24,000 nt of DNA, from the NCBI GenBank assembly GCA_021845505.1, contig JAJZVU010000003.1:90813-114812 (forward strand). Direction: 5' to 3'. The position numbers and the translations under genes are program-made. Shown piece after piece: positions 8,559 to 15,278 of this stretch. The stretch is from Pseudomonadota bacterium (GTDB taxonomy: Bacteria > Pseudomonadota > Gammaproteobacteria > Burkholderiales > Burkholderiaceae_C). The notes under the pieces were generated by a model. It was not told the origin of the DNA and searched no databases. It saw only the letters and a list, made by a program, of their open reading frames with translations. Numbering within the stretch: the first letter of the stretch is position 1; each line of letters begins with the position of its first letter.

Positions 8559-9173
8559 ATGCCAGCACTGTCCACGTCGATCGCACTGCGCGCCGCCTTC
8601 GCCGCCTGCGCGGCCATGGCCGGACTGCTGGGCAACGCGCGCGCCGGGCAGACGGCGCTGGTGGAGCCCGGTGCCGGCGCCCACAGCGCCGGCCACGTCG
8701 CGCTCAATGTCGCCGCCGGGGTGGGCAACGTCCAGCTCAACCAGGCCGCGCTGGCACCCACCGGCACCGCCGGCGCGACCGTCGAACAAGCGGCGAGCGG
8801 CGGCTCGGCAGGCGCGAGCCTGCGCGCCGCCGTGGGAGCCGGCGCCTTCGCCGGCTCCAGCGGGCTGGTGGCCGTCAACGAGGCCAGCGGCGCGGCCAAC
8901 CTTCAGTCGAACATCGCGCTCTTCGGAGCGCACACCCACGTCGGGATCGCCAGTGACGGCCAACTGGCCACAGCGCTCCCACGTCCGGCGCCGGGCGCAG
9001 GCCCTGCCCCATCGACCGTCAGCAGGATCGTGTCGATCGATCCCGGCGCCTTCCACGGCGCCACGGGCCTGGTGCAGGTCAACCAGACGGCCGGCTCCGG
9101 CAACTCCACCGGCAATGCGTTCATGTTGCAACTGCCGGGTTCTTCCTTGAGCAACTTCAGGAGCATTCCATGA
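8559..9173 (+). CDS. fapB: secreted repeat protein, FapB-like minor/nucleator amyloid subunit
   Basis: Signal peptide MPALSTSIALRAAFAACAAMAGLLGNARA/GQ. Three imperfect repeats: GHVALNVAAGVGNVQLNQAAL, GLVAVNEASGAANLQSNIALF, GLVQVNQTAGSGNSTGNAFML. First gene after the sigma-54 promoter. An alternative ATG at 8538 would leave almost no leader. The stop overlaps the next start (ATGA at 9170-9173). Confidence 0.65.
   Translation: MPALSTSIALRAAFAACAAMAGLLGNARAGQTALVEPGAGAHSAGHVALNVAAGVGNVQLNQAALAPTGTAGATVEQAASGGSAGASLRAAVGAGAFAGSSGLVAVNEASGAANLQSNIALFGAHTHVGIASDGQLATALPRPAPGAGPAPSTVSRIVSIDPGAFHGATGLVQVNQTAGSGNSTGNAFMLQLPGSSLSNFRSIP
8691..8753 (+). repeat. FapB-like protein repeat 1 (GHVALNVAAGVGNVQLNQAAL)
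   Basis: Read directly from the translation; same G-x-[VI]-x-[VL]-N-x-[AT]-[AS]-G-x-x-N-x-x-x-N register as the repeats in the next gene. Confidence 0.7.
8862..8924 (+). repeat. FapB-like protein repeat 2 (GLVAVNEASGAANLQSNIALF)
   Basis: Read directly from the translation. Confidence 0.7.
9066..9128 (+). repeat. FapB-like protein repeat 3 (GLVQVNQTAGSGNSTGNAFML)
   Basis: Read directly from the translation. Confidence 0.65.
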
Positions 9174-9988
9174 ACACTCGATTCACTGCCAGGATCGCCG
9201 CCGTCGCGGTCGCTGCATTGTTCGCAGGGGGCGCTGCGTATGCGAGCGGCCCCGGGGACCACGACGGTCCGGGGCACGGCGACCACGGCGGCATCCTCGT
9301 CAAGGGGCTGATCACCGTCAACGCCGCAGCCGGCGCCAGCACCAACAATGTGCAGAACACCGGCAACGCAGCGGTAGGGCCGTCGTCGATGGACATGGGT
9401 TCGGGCATGGGTTCGGGCATGGACTCGGGCCACGGCCACAACCCGCCTCCCAGTCAGGGTCCGGACATGAACTCGACCATCGGCAACAACGCCGGCCAGA
9501 ACGCCAGCGGCAACATCGCGGTGAACTCGGCCGCAGGCATGCAGAACCTGCAGGCCAATGATGCGTCGGTCGCCCGCATCGCGGCGCAAAGCGTGTTCGG
9601 CAGTGCCAGCGTCGCCAACCTGCAAGGCGCCTCCGGCAACTCGCTGGGTTCGGGCGGCCCGTTCGGCGGCTTCTCGACCAACGCCGCGCTGGGCGACAAC
9701 GCGCTGCACGGCGCGTCGGGCAACATCGCGGTGAACGTCGCGGCAGGCGTGGGCAACGCCCAGTCGAACGGCATGGCGATCACCCAGAGCGCCAACCCGA
9801 CGCTGGCGCTGGCCACCGCCACCAGCGTGCAGCAGGCCAGCGGCAACACCGAGCATGGCAGCTTCACCAACACCGCGTCGATCGGCGGCAACGCGCTGAT
9901 GGGTGCGTCGGGCAACATCGGCGTCAACGTGGCCTCGGGGGTCGGCAACCTGCAGCACAACGGGTTGTCGATGATCGTCGCTCCCTGA
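9170..9988 (+). CDS. fapC: secreted repeat protein, FapC-like major functional-amyloid subunit
   Basis: AGGAG at 9159-9163, ATG at 9170. Signal peptide MNTRFTARIAAVAVAALFAGGAAYA/SG. Three well-conserved ~36-aa repeats ending ASGNIAVNSAAGMQNLQAN, ASGNIAVNVAAGVGNAQSN, ASGNIGVNVASGVGNLQHN, plus one degenerate copy (GLITVNAAAGASTNNVQN). As I recall, Pseudomonas FapC repeats carry GN[IV]GVNVAAGxGNQQxN. Asn/Gln/Gly/Ala/Ser-rich, no Cys. Confidence 0.8.
   Translation: MNTRFTARIAAVAVAALFAGGAAYASGPGDHDGPGHGDHGGILVKGLITVNAAAGASTNNVQNTGNAAVGPSSMDMGSGMGSGMDSGHGHNPPPSQGPDMNSTIGNNAGQNASGNIAVNSAAGMQNLQANDASVARIAAQSVFGSASVANLQGASGNSLGSGGPFGGFSTNAALGDNALHGASGNIAVNVAAGVGNAQSNGMAITQSANPTLALATATSVQQASGNTEHGSFTNTASIGGNALMGASGNIGVNVASGVGNLQHNGLSMIVAP
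9395..9430 (+). repeat. 12-bp tandem DNA repeat (atgggttcgggc x2, then atggactcgggc) encoding MGSG-MGSG-MDSG
   Basis: Seen directly: two perfect copies and a third with two substitutions, in frame inside the FapC-like gene. Confidence 0.85.
9473..9580 (+). repeat. FapC-like protein repeat R1 (STIGNNAGQNASGNIAVNSAAGMQNLQANDASVARI)
   Basis: Read directly from the translation; aligns with R2 and R3 without gaps. Confidence 0.8.
9674..9787 (+). repeat. FapC-like protein repeat R2 (STNAALGDNALHGASGNIAVNVAAGVGNAQSNGMAITQ)
   Basis: Read directly from the translation. Confidence 0.8.
9866..9979 (+). repeat. FapC-like protein repeat R3 (TNTASIGGNALMGASGNIGVNVASGVGNLQHNGLSMIV)
   Basis: Read directly from the translation; the repeat runs almost to the C-terminus (…MIVAP). 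Confidence 0.8.
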
Positions 9989-10002
9989 GCCCCGGAGCGG
10001 CC

Positions 10003-10728
10003 ATGCGCGCAAGCCCCGCAGCGTTCCGGCCGAAGGCCGGGCGTCGCGCGCCGCGCGCCGCGTGGCTGGCCGCCGCGCTGCTCGCACTCGGCGTGCGGGC
10101 GGTCGCGGCGGCCCAGTTGCTGCCGGTGCCTGGGCTGCTGGTCTCCAGCGACATGCAGGGGCTGCGCGCGCTGCGCTACGCCAACATGGTCGCGCAGCAG
10201 CGCGACTACAGCTGCGGCGCGGCGGCACTGGCCACCTTGCTCGACTACGGCTACGGCTTTCGCCTCAGCGAGACCCAGACCATCGAGGCGATGCTGCGAC
10301 ATGTCGACCAGCCGGCCGAGGTGCTGCGCAACGGCTTCTCGATGCTCGACATGAAGCGCTATGTCGAGAGCCTGGGCATGCATGCGGTCGGCTTCGACGT
10401 CAACCTGGCCGCGATGCGCCGGCTGCGCATCCCGGTGATCGCGCTGCTCGACGTCGACGGCTACAGCCACTTCGTCGTGGTCAAGAAGGTCGACCACGAC
10501 CTGGTGTTCCTCAGCGACCCCGCGCTGGGCCAGCGCGCGATCGACGTCGACACCTTCGCGCGCGACTGGCACGGCCTGGTGCTGGCGGTGATCGGCAGGC
10601 CCTTCCTGGCCGACTCGCCGCTGCTGCGGGACAACGTCTCGCGGGCCCGCGCTGCCAGCGACTCGCTGCTGCACCAGGCGGTCGCACCGCGGCTGGACTT
10701 CGGCATCCCGCGGGTCGGCACCTTCTGA
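10003..10728 (+). CDS. fapD: stand-alone periplasmic C39-family cysteine peptidase, FapD-like
   Basis: GGAG at 9994-9997. N-terminal signal/anchor RAPRAAWLAAALLALGVRAVAA. Catalytic Cys context QQRDYSCGAAALATLL, His in DVDGYSHFVVVKK, Asp in VFLSDPALG. No fused ABC transporter domain. Confidence 0.85.
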   Translation: MRASPAAFRPKAGRRAPRAAWLAAALLALGVRAVAAAQLLPVPGLLVSSDMQGLRALRYANMVAQQRDYSCGAAALATLLDYGYGFRLSETQTIEAMLRHVDQPAEVLRNGFSMLDMKRYVESLGMHAVGFDVNLAAMRRLRIPVIALLDVDGYSHFVVVKKVDHDLVFLSDPALGQRAIDVDTFARDWHGLVLAVIGRPFLADSPLLRDNVSRARAASDSLLHQAVAPRLDFGIPRVGTF

Positions 10729-10783
10729 CCATCTGCATCGCCGGCCCGCACTTTCCTCTCCTTCCATGCCATCGAGGTGTCCC

Positions 10784-11500
10784 ATGCGCCGACTCCTACC
10801 TTGCGCGGCCCTGCTCGGACTGGGCCTGGCCTGCACCGCCCGCGCCGAAACGGCGGTCCCCCGCATCGTCGCGCTGGACGACGCCCAGCTGGCGCAGGCG
10901 CGCGGCCGCGGACTTCCGGCCGGTCAGGCCATCACCGGGTTCCAGCTCCAGCTGGTTTCGACCTGGATCGCCCCGCAAGGCGCCGTGGGCGCAGCCGGCA
11001 CGGTGCAGGTCGAGGGCCTCGGCGGCGGCCCACCCAGCGTGCGGGTAGCGGGCCAGGCCTCGGGCAACGGAGCGCCGGGCGGCGGCGGACCGGGCAGCGC
11101 CAGCGGCGGGCTGCCGGTGCAGGGCGTCGGCCAGCTGACCCAGGTCGCGGGCGACGCCAACCAGGGCTACAACCGCTTCACCCTGCGACTGGTCGACACC
11201 TCCACGGGCCTGCCCGCGCTGTCCGCCGGCTCGCTCGGCGCGTCGTACGCCGGCCGGGGAACCAGCGCCAGCGTCGCAGGCGACGGCCATGGCGGACTGG
11301 TCGTGGCCATCTCGACCCCGGCGGGCTCGGCGCTGCAATCGGTGGGCGGCGTGGGATCCTTCACCCAGGCGCTGCGCATCGTCGGCAACGGCCAGAGGGT
11401 GGACAACAGCGCGGTGCTCACCGTGCTCACCCGCAGCGCGCCGGGACTCGGCGCCGCCGGATTGCTGAGCACCCTGCAGAACATGATTCCCCGCCACTGA
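10784..11500 (+). CDS. fapE: secreted Gly/Ala-rich protein, FapE-like by position
   Basis: GAGG at 10774-10777, ATG at 10784. Signal peptide MRRLLPCAALLGLGLACTARA/ET. 238 aa, with a Gly-rich centre. Assigned only from its slot between the C39 peptidase and the outer-membrane protein; I cannot verify sequence similarity to FapE from memory. Confidence 0.5.
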   Translation: MRRLLPCAALLGLGLACTARAETAVPRIVALDDAQLAQARGRGLPAGQAITGFQLQLVSTWIAPQGAVGAAGTVQVEGLGGGPPSVRVAGQASGNGAPGGGGPGSASGGLPVQGVGQLTQVAGDANQGYNRFTLRLVDTSTGLPALSAGSLGASYAGRGTSASVAGDGHGGLVVAISTPAGSALQSVGGVGSFTQALRIVGNGQRVDNSAVLTVLTRSAPGLGAAGLLSTLQNMIPRH

Positions 11501-11508
11501 GCCCGCCG

Positions 11509-12774
11509 ATGAAACCCGCACGACTGGCCGCCAGCGCGGCCCCTCTGTTCCTGTTCCTGCTCGGCAACGCGCTGGCCGATGCGCCGCCCGACGCCGATGC
11601 GCTGGCGCGGCTGCAGCAGCAGGTGCAGGATCTCACGCGCCGCGTCGCGCAGCAGCAGCAGGAGATCGTCGACTTGCGCGCGCGCATGCCGGCGCAGCCC
11701 GCGCAGCAGGCCGCCGCCCAACCCGGCCCGCCCCCGGCAGCCGGCCCGCAGGCCGTTGCGGCAGCGCCCGCGCAGGCCGCGCCTGCGCTGGCCACCTCGC
11801 GCCAGGACGCCGCCTCCGAGGCCGCGCAAAGTCCCGCCGAGGTCGCGGCGCAGGGCCACGCGCCCCAGTTCCAGCATCGGCTGACCCTGACCGCCGGCTG
11901 GAGCGACACCTACTACGACCGCCGGCAGCTCGCGCTCAGCGGCTTCCTGGCGCTCGATGCCATCTTCCTGGGCAACATCTCGGTGGCGCAGACCAAGGCG
12001 CATGTCGAGACCTTCGACCTGGCCATGCAGTACGGCCTGAGCGACGACCTCGCGCTCAACTTCGACCTGCCCTACGTGGTGCGCAACAGCCGCTTCCTGA
12101 GCGCCGGGCAGAACGCCTCGACGTCGGCGATCAGCGAGGCCTCGGTGACCAACGCCGACGTCGGCGACGTCACCTTCGGCGCCGACTACCGGCTGATCCG
12201 CGAGCACGGCGACATCCCCGATGTGGTCGCGTCGCTGAAGGTCACCGCGCCCACCGGCACCTCGCCCTTCGGCATCGCCGTGGTGCAACCCGACCCGCAG
12301 AACACCAACCTGCAGGTTCCCCAGCGCCTGCCCACCGGCAACGGCGTGTGGACCATCAACCCCAGCGTGTCGGTGCTCAAGAGCCGCGACCCGGTGGTGC
12401 TGTTCGGCAACATCGGCTATGTCTACAACGTGGCGCGCGACGTGGCGGTGATCAACCCGGCCTCGATCGACGGCCCGGGGCGGGTCAAGCTGGGCGACGG
12501 CATCCAGCTGGGCGGCGGCTTCGCCGTGGTGCTCAACGAGCGCGCGTCGATCAGCACCAGCATCGCCGGACTGTTCTCCCGCGCCACCGAGGTGCGTCTG
12601 CCCGGGCAGGGCTGGCAGTCGGTCAACGGCAGCGCCAGCGCCAGTGTCTCGCTGGGCTTCGGGCTGAACTACGCGCTCAGCCGCCACCTCACCCTCAGCG
12701 CCATGCTGCAGGCCGGGCTGACCCCGGATACGCCCAATTACGCGCTGTCCATCCGCTTTCCCTACGTGTTCTGA
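11509..12774 (+). CDS. fapF: outer-membrane beta-barrel secretion channel with N-terminal coiled coil, FapF-like
   Basis: ATG at 11509 within ORF 10777-12774 (the upstream part overlaps fapE-like out of frame). Signal peptide MKPARLAASAAPLFLFLLGNALA/DA. Heptad-like segment DALARLQQQVQDLTRRVAQQQQEIVDLRARM, then a Pro/Ala/Gln-rich linker of about 60 aa. Alternating-polarity strands follow (GDVTFGADYRL, ASLKVTAPTG) and the protein ends in the OMP-type C-terminus IRFPYVF. Confidence 0.75.
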   Translation: MKPARLAASAAPLFLFLLGNALADAPPDADALARLQQQVQDLTRRVAQQQQEIVDLRARMPAQPAQQAAAQPGPPPAAGPQAVAAAPAQAAPALATSRQDAASEAAQSPAEVAAQGHAPQFQHRLTLTAGWSDTYYDRRQLALSGFLALDAIFLGNISVAQTKAHVETFDLAMQYGLSDDLALNFDLPYVVRNSRFLSAGQNASTSAISEASVTNADVGDVTFGADYRLIREHGDIPDVVASLKVTAPTGTSPFGIAVVQPDPQNTNLQVPQRLPTGNGVWTINPSVSVLKSRDPVVLFGNIGYVYNVARDVAVINPASIDGPGRVKLGDGIQLGGGFAVVLNERASISTSIAGLFSRATEVRLPGQGWQSVNGSASASVSLGFGLNYALSRHLTLSAMLQAGLTPDTPNYALSIRFPYVF

Positions 12775-12780
12775 AGCCTG

Positions 12781-13077
12781 TTGAAGCGCCGCCGGGGGTG
12801 CGACGCGGGGCCGGCTCAGCGCGCGGCTGCGTCGTTGCGGCTGGCCGGCAACGGCACCATGACCGCGCTGGGCCTGCTGCGCGCGGACAAGCGAGTCTGG
12901 GTGGTGGGCAATGCCAGCGGTTCGCGCCGCCCGGCCGACCACGCGGCGGCGATGGACAGGCTGTCTCGCGCCGGCGCCACGGTCGTGAGCCACGAGATGG
13001 TGCTGTTCGAGTGGCTGGCCGACTGCCGGCACCCGCGCTTTCGGGAAGTGCTGGCGCTGCTCAAGTCCGCCGGCTGA
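12781..13077 (+). pseudogene. 3' remnant of an isochorismatase-family hydrolase gene
   Basis: Only the C-terminal part of the fold is recognisable (TALGLLRADKRVWVVGNASGSRRPADHAAAMDRLSRAGATVVSHEMVLFEWLADCRHPRFREVL). The catalytic Asp/Lys/Cys-bearing N-terminal half is absent. The frame is closed upstream by the fapF-like stop at 12772-12774. There is no SD, and the only start candidates are a TTG at 12781 and an internal ATG at 12856. Confidence 0.5.
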
Positions 13078-13086
13078 GCGCGGCGA

Positions 13087-13932
13087 TCAAGGGCTGGCGG
13101 CGCCCTTCAACAGGTGCACATGACGGTGCATGAACTGCCGTAGACGCTGGTCCTGCGGGGCATCGAACACCGTCTTCGGCGGCCCTTGTTCGGCGATCAC
13201 GCCATCGGCGAAAAAGACCACGCGATCGGCAACCTCTCGCGCGAACAGCAGTTCATGGGTCACCAGAATCATGGTCATGCCATCCCGCGCCAGATCGTGC
13301 ATGACCTGCAAGACCTCGCCGACCAGTTCCGGATCGAGCGCCGACGTCACTTCGTCGAACAGGATGATCGCCGGATTCATCGCGAGAGCCCTTGCGATCG
13401 CCACGCGCTGCTGCTGTCCCCCCGACAACGTGGCCGGATAGGCGGAGCATTTCATTCCCAACCCCACTCGCTCGAGCAGCTTCTTGCCGCAGCTCTCGGC
13501 TTCCGGGCGGGACTTCCCCAGGACATGCACCGGCCCCAGCGTGACATTGTCGATCACGCGCAGATGCGGGAAGAGATTGAAGGACTGAAACACCATGCCG
13601 ACGCGCGTGCGCAGCTCCTTGTTCTCCCTTTCCGAACAGCGGCGCCGCGCCCCGGAGGCCTCGGCTCGGTATCCGACCAACTTGCCCTCGATATGGATCT
13701 CCCCCGCGTCGTACTCTTCGAGGAAATTCAGACAGCGCAAGAAAGTGGTCTTCCCGGATCCGCTGGCCCCGATGATCGCGATCACCTCCCCCGCGTACAC
13801 GTCCAGATCCACCCCCCGCAACACCTCGTGCTCCGCGTAGCGCTTTCGCAATCCGCGCACGGCGATCAGCGGCTGCGTCGCCGCCCTCTGCTCGGCAGGC
13901 GCCACGCCTCGGTCCAAGGCCGATTCCAGCAT
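13087..13932 (-). CDS. polar amino acid ABC transporter ATP-binding protein (GlnQ/HisP-like)
   Basis: Start at MLESALD (13932) within ORF 13087-14196. Walker A GASGSGKTT, Q-loop MVFQSFNLFPHL, signature LSGGQQQRVAIARAL, Walker B ILFDEVTSALD, H-loop LVTHE. Confidence 0.9.
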   Translation of the reverse strand: MLESALDRGVAPAEQRAATQPLIAVRGLRKRYAEHEVLRGVDLDVYAGEVIAIIGASGSGKTTFLRCLNFLEEYDAGEIHIEGKLVGYRAEASGARRRCSERENKELRTRVGMVFQSFNLFPHLRVIDNVTLGPVHVLGKSRPEAESCGKKLLERVGLGMKCSAYPATLSGGQQQRVAIARALAMNPAIILFDEVTSALDPELVGEVLQVMHDLARDGMTMILVTHELLFAREVADRVVFFADGVIAEQGPPKTVFDAPQDQRLRQFMHRHVHLLKGAASP

Positions 13933-13934
13933 CG

Positions 13935-14573
13935 CTAGTGCCCCCCATGTCGCAACCTGGCCTCCGCGACTCGCCCTATGCGGGTCAGCGCGTAGCAGAT
14001 GACAAAGAACATCACCAGATCGAATCCGTAGACCTGGAACGGTGCGTCGGTCCTCTGCGATACCTCGGTGCTTGCGGTCATCAATTCCCAGACACCGATC
14101 ACCGACGCGTAGGTGGTACCTTTGATGAGCACGATCCACAGATTCATCAGGGGCGGAATGGCCGAGCGGAAGGCCTGCGGAAGGATGACCAGCCACATGC
14201 GCTTCCAGAAGGTCAATCCGATCGATTTGGCTGCCTCCATCTGACCCAGCGGAATGGCCAGGATGGCGCCCCGAATGACCTCGCTGATGAAAAAAGTGAA
14301 GTAAAAGCTCAGTGCCACCAGCGCCGCCAGATACGGGCTGATATCGGCGGGCAGGCTGTAGTACATCAGGAACAGCATCACGATGAGCGGCACGCCGCGC
14401 ACGATCCCGACGCCGACCATGTTCAGATACCTGGCGGCCCGCACGCCGACCGCGCAGCCGACACCGACGAGAGTGCCCAGGGCCGTGCTGATCAGGATGC
14501 CCGAGACCGCGAGCCAGAGCGTATTGACGCTGGCCCGAAGCAGGTACTGCCAGTTTGCCGCGATCACATGCAT
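13935..14573 (-). CDS. amino acid ABC transporter permease (His/Glu/Gln/Arg/opine family)
   Basis: 212 aa, multi-helix. EAA-like loop GQMEAAKSIGLTFWKRMWLVILPQA. Its stop lies 2 nt from the ATPase start. Confidence 0.85.
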   Translation of the reverse strand: MHVIAANWQYLLRASVNTLWLAVSGILISTALGTLVGVGCAVGVRAARYLNMVGVGIVRGVPLIVMLFLMYYSLPADISPYLAALVALSFYFTFFISEVIRGAILAIPLGQMEAAKSIGLTFWKRMWLVILPQAFRSAIPPLMNLWIVLIKGTTYASVIGVWELMTASTEVSQRTDAPFQVYGFDLVMFFVICYALTRIGRVAEARLRHGGH

Positions 14574-14598
14574 GGATGGAGCCTTCCCGACGGGCCGG

Positions 14599-15258
14599 TC
14601 ACTCGGCGAATCGGATGCGCTTCTCGATCACGTGCGCCGCGGCGGTCACGACCCCGGTCACGCATAGGTAGTAGAACGCCACGGCGACGAATGCGAGCGT
14701 CTCCGATGCCGTCTGTCCGGCCAACGTTCCTCCTCTCAGGGTCAGTTCCCCGACAGCGATCGTCGAGGCTACCGAAGTGTCCTTCACGATCTGCACCACC
14801 TCGTTGGTGATCGCTGGCAGCACCTTCGCGATGGCCTGTGGCAGGATCACCAGCCATACCGTCTTCCAATACCCCAGCCCCAGTGCCTTGGCTGCCTCCG
14901 AGCTGCGCTTGCTGACGGCCAGCCAGCCGCCACGATAGATTTCCGAGAAAAAGGCCGCGTGCTGCAACGCCAGCGACATGAGTGCGGCATCGAATGCGGA
15001 AACGCGGATGCCCAGGAATGGCAGCCCCAGGAAAATGAAGAACATCTGCACGAGCAGCGGCGTGTTCCTCAGGACCTCCACGTAGCCAGCAACCAGGAAC
15101 CGGGCCGGCGCAAACCTCGACACCGCCAGCAAGGTGAGCATCAAGCCCGCAATCGCCGCAATGCCGGTCGCACCGACCCCCAGGGCCAAGGTCACCCAGA
15201 GTCCGGGAAGAAGCCGCGGAAGCACATGGAGAAACAGCTTGAGAAAAGCCACTGTCAT
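14599..15258 (-). CDS. amino acid ABC transporter permease (second subunit)
   Basis: 219 aa. EAA-like loop SSEAAKALGLGYWKTVWLVILPQA. Hydrophobic helices. Confidence 0.85.
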   Translation of the reverse strand: MTVAFLKLFLHVLPRLLPGLWVTLALGVGATGIAAIAGLMLTLLAVSRFAPARFLVAGYVEVLRNTPLLVQMFFIFLGLPFLGIRVSAFDAALMSLALQHAAFFSEIYRGGWLAVSKRSSEAAKALGLGYWKTVWLVILPQAIAKVLPAITNEVVQIVKDTSVASTIAVGELTLRGGTLAGQTASETLAFVAVAFYYLCVTGVVTAAAHVIEKRIRFAE

Positions 15259-15278
15259 CGCTCCGCGCTAGCCACGCG

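Noticed and set aside
8559-9988. Interpretation of the repeat proteins as curli (CsgA/CsgB) subunits
   Set aside because: Curli repeats follow S-x5-Q-x-G-x-G-N-x-A-x3-Q, and curli loci carry csgG/E/F. Here the repeat core is G-N-I-x-V-N-x-A-x-G-x-x-N-x-Q-x-N, and the partners are a C39 peptidase and a coiled-coil OMP, which fits Fap and not curli.
10003-10728. C39 peptidase as part of a bacteriocin/lantibiotic ABC exporter
   Set aside because: The domain is stand-alone with its own signal/anchor sequence. No ABC transmembrane or ATPase domain is fused or adjacent within the operon, and no small double-glycine bacteriocin precursor gene is present.
10777-11508. N-terminal 244-codon extension of the FapF-like ORF
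   Set aside because: It overlaps the FapE-like gene in another frame and translates to Arg/Pro-rich junk. A signal peptide begins exactly at the ATG at 11509, 8 nt after the upstream stop.
6821-13032. Long minus-strand ORFs 6821-8899, 8903-10228, 9454-10866 and 11167-13032, plus numerous 60-300-aa ORFs across the regulator and amyloid operon
   Set aside because: Arg/Pro/Gly-rich low-complexity translations antisense or out of frame to genes with signal peptides, repeats and catalytic motifs. No SD or start context.
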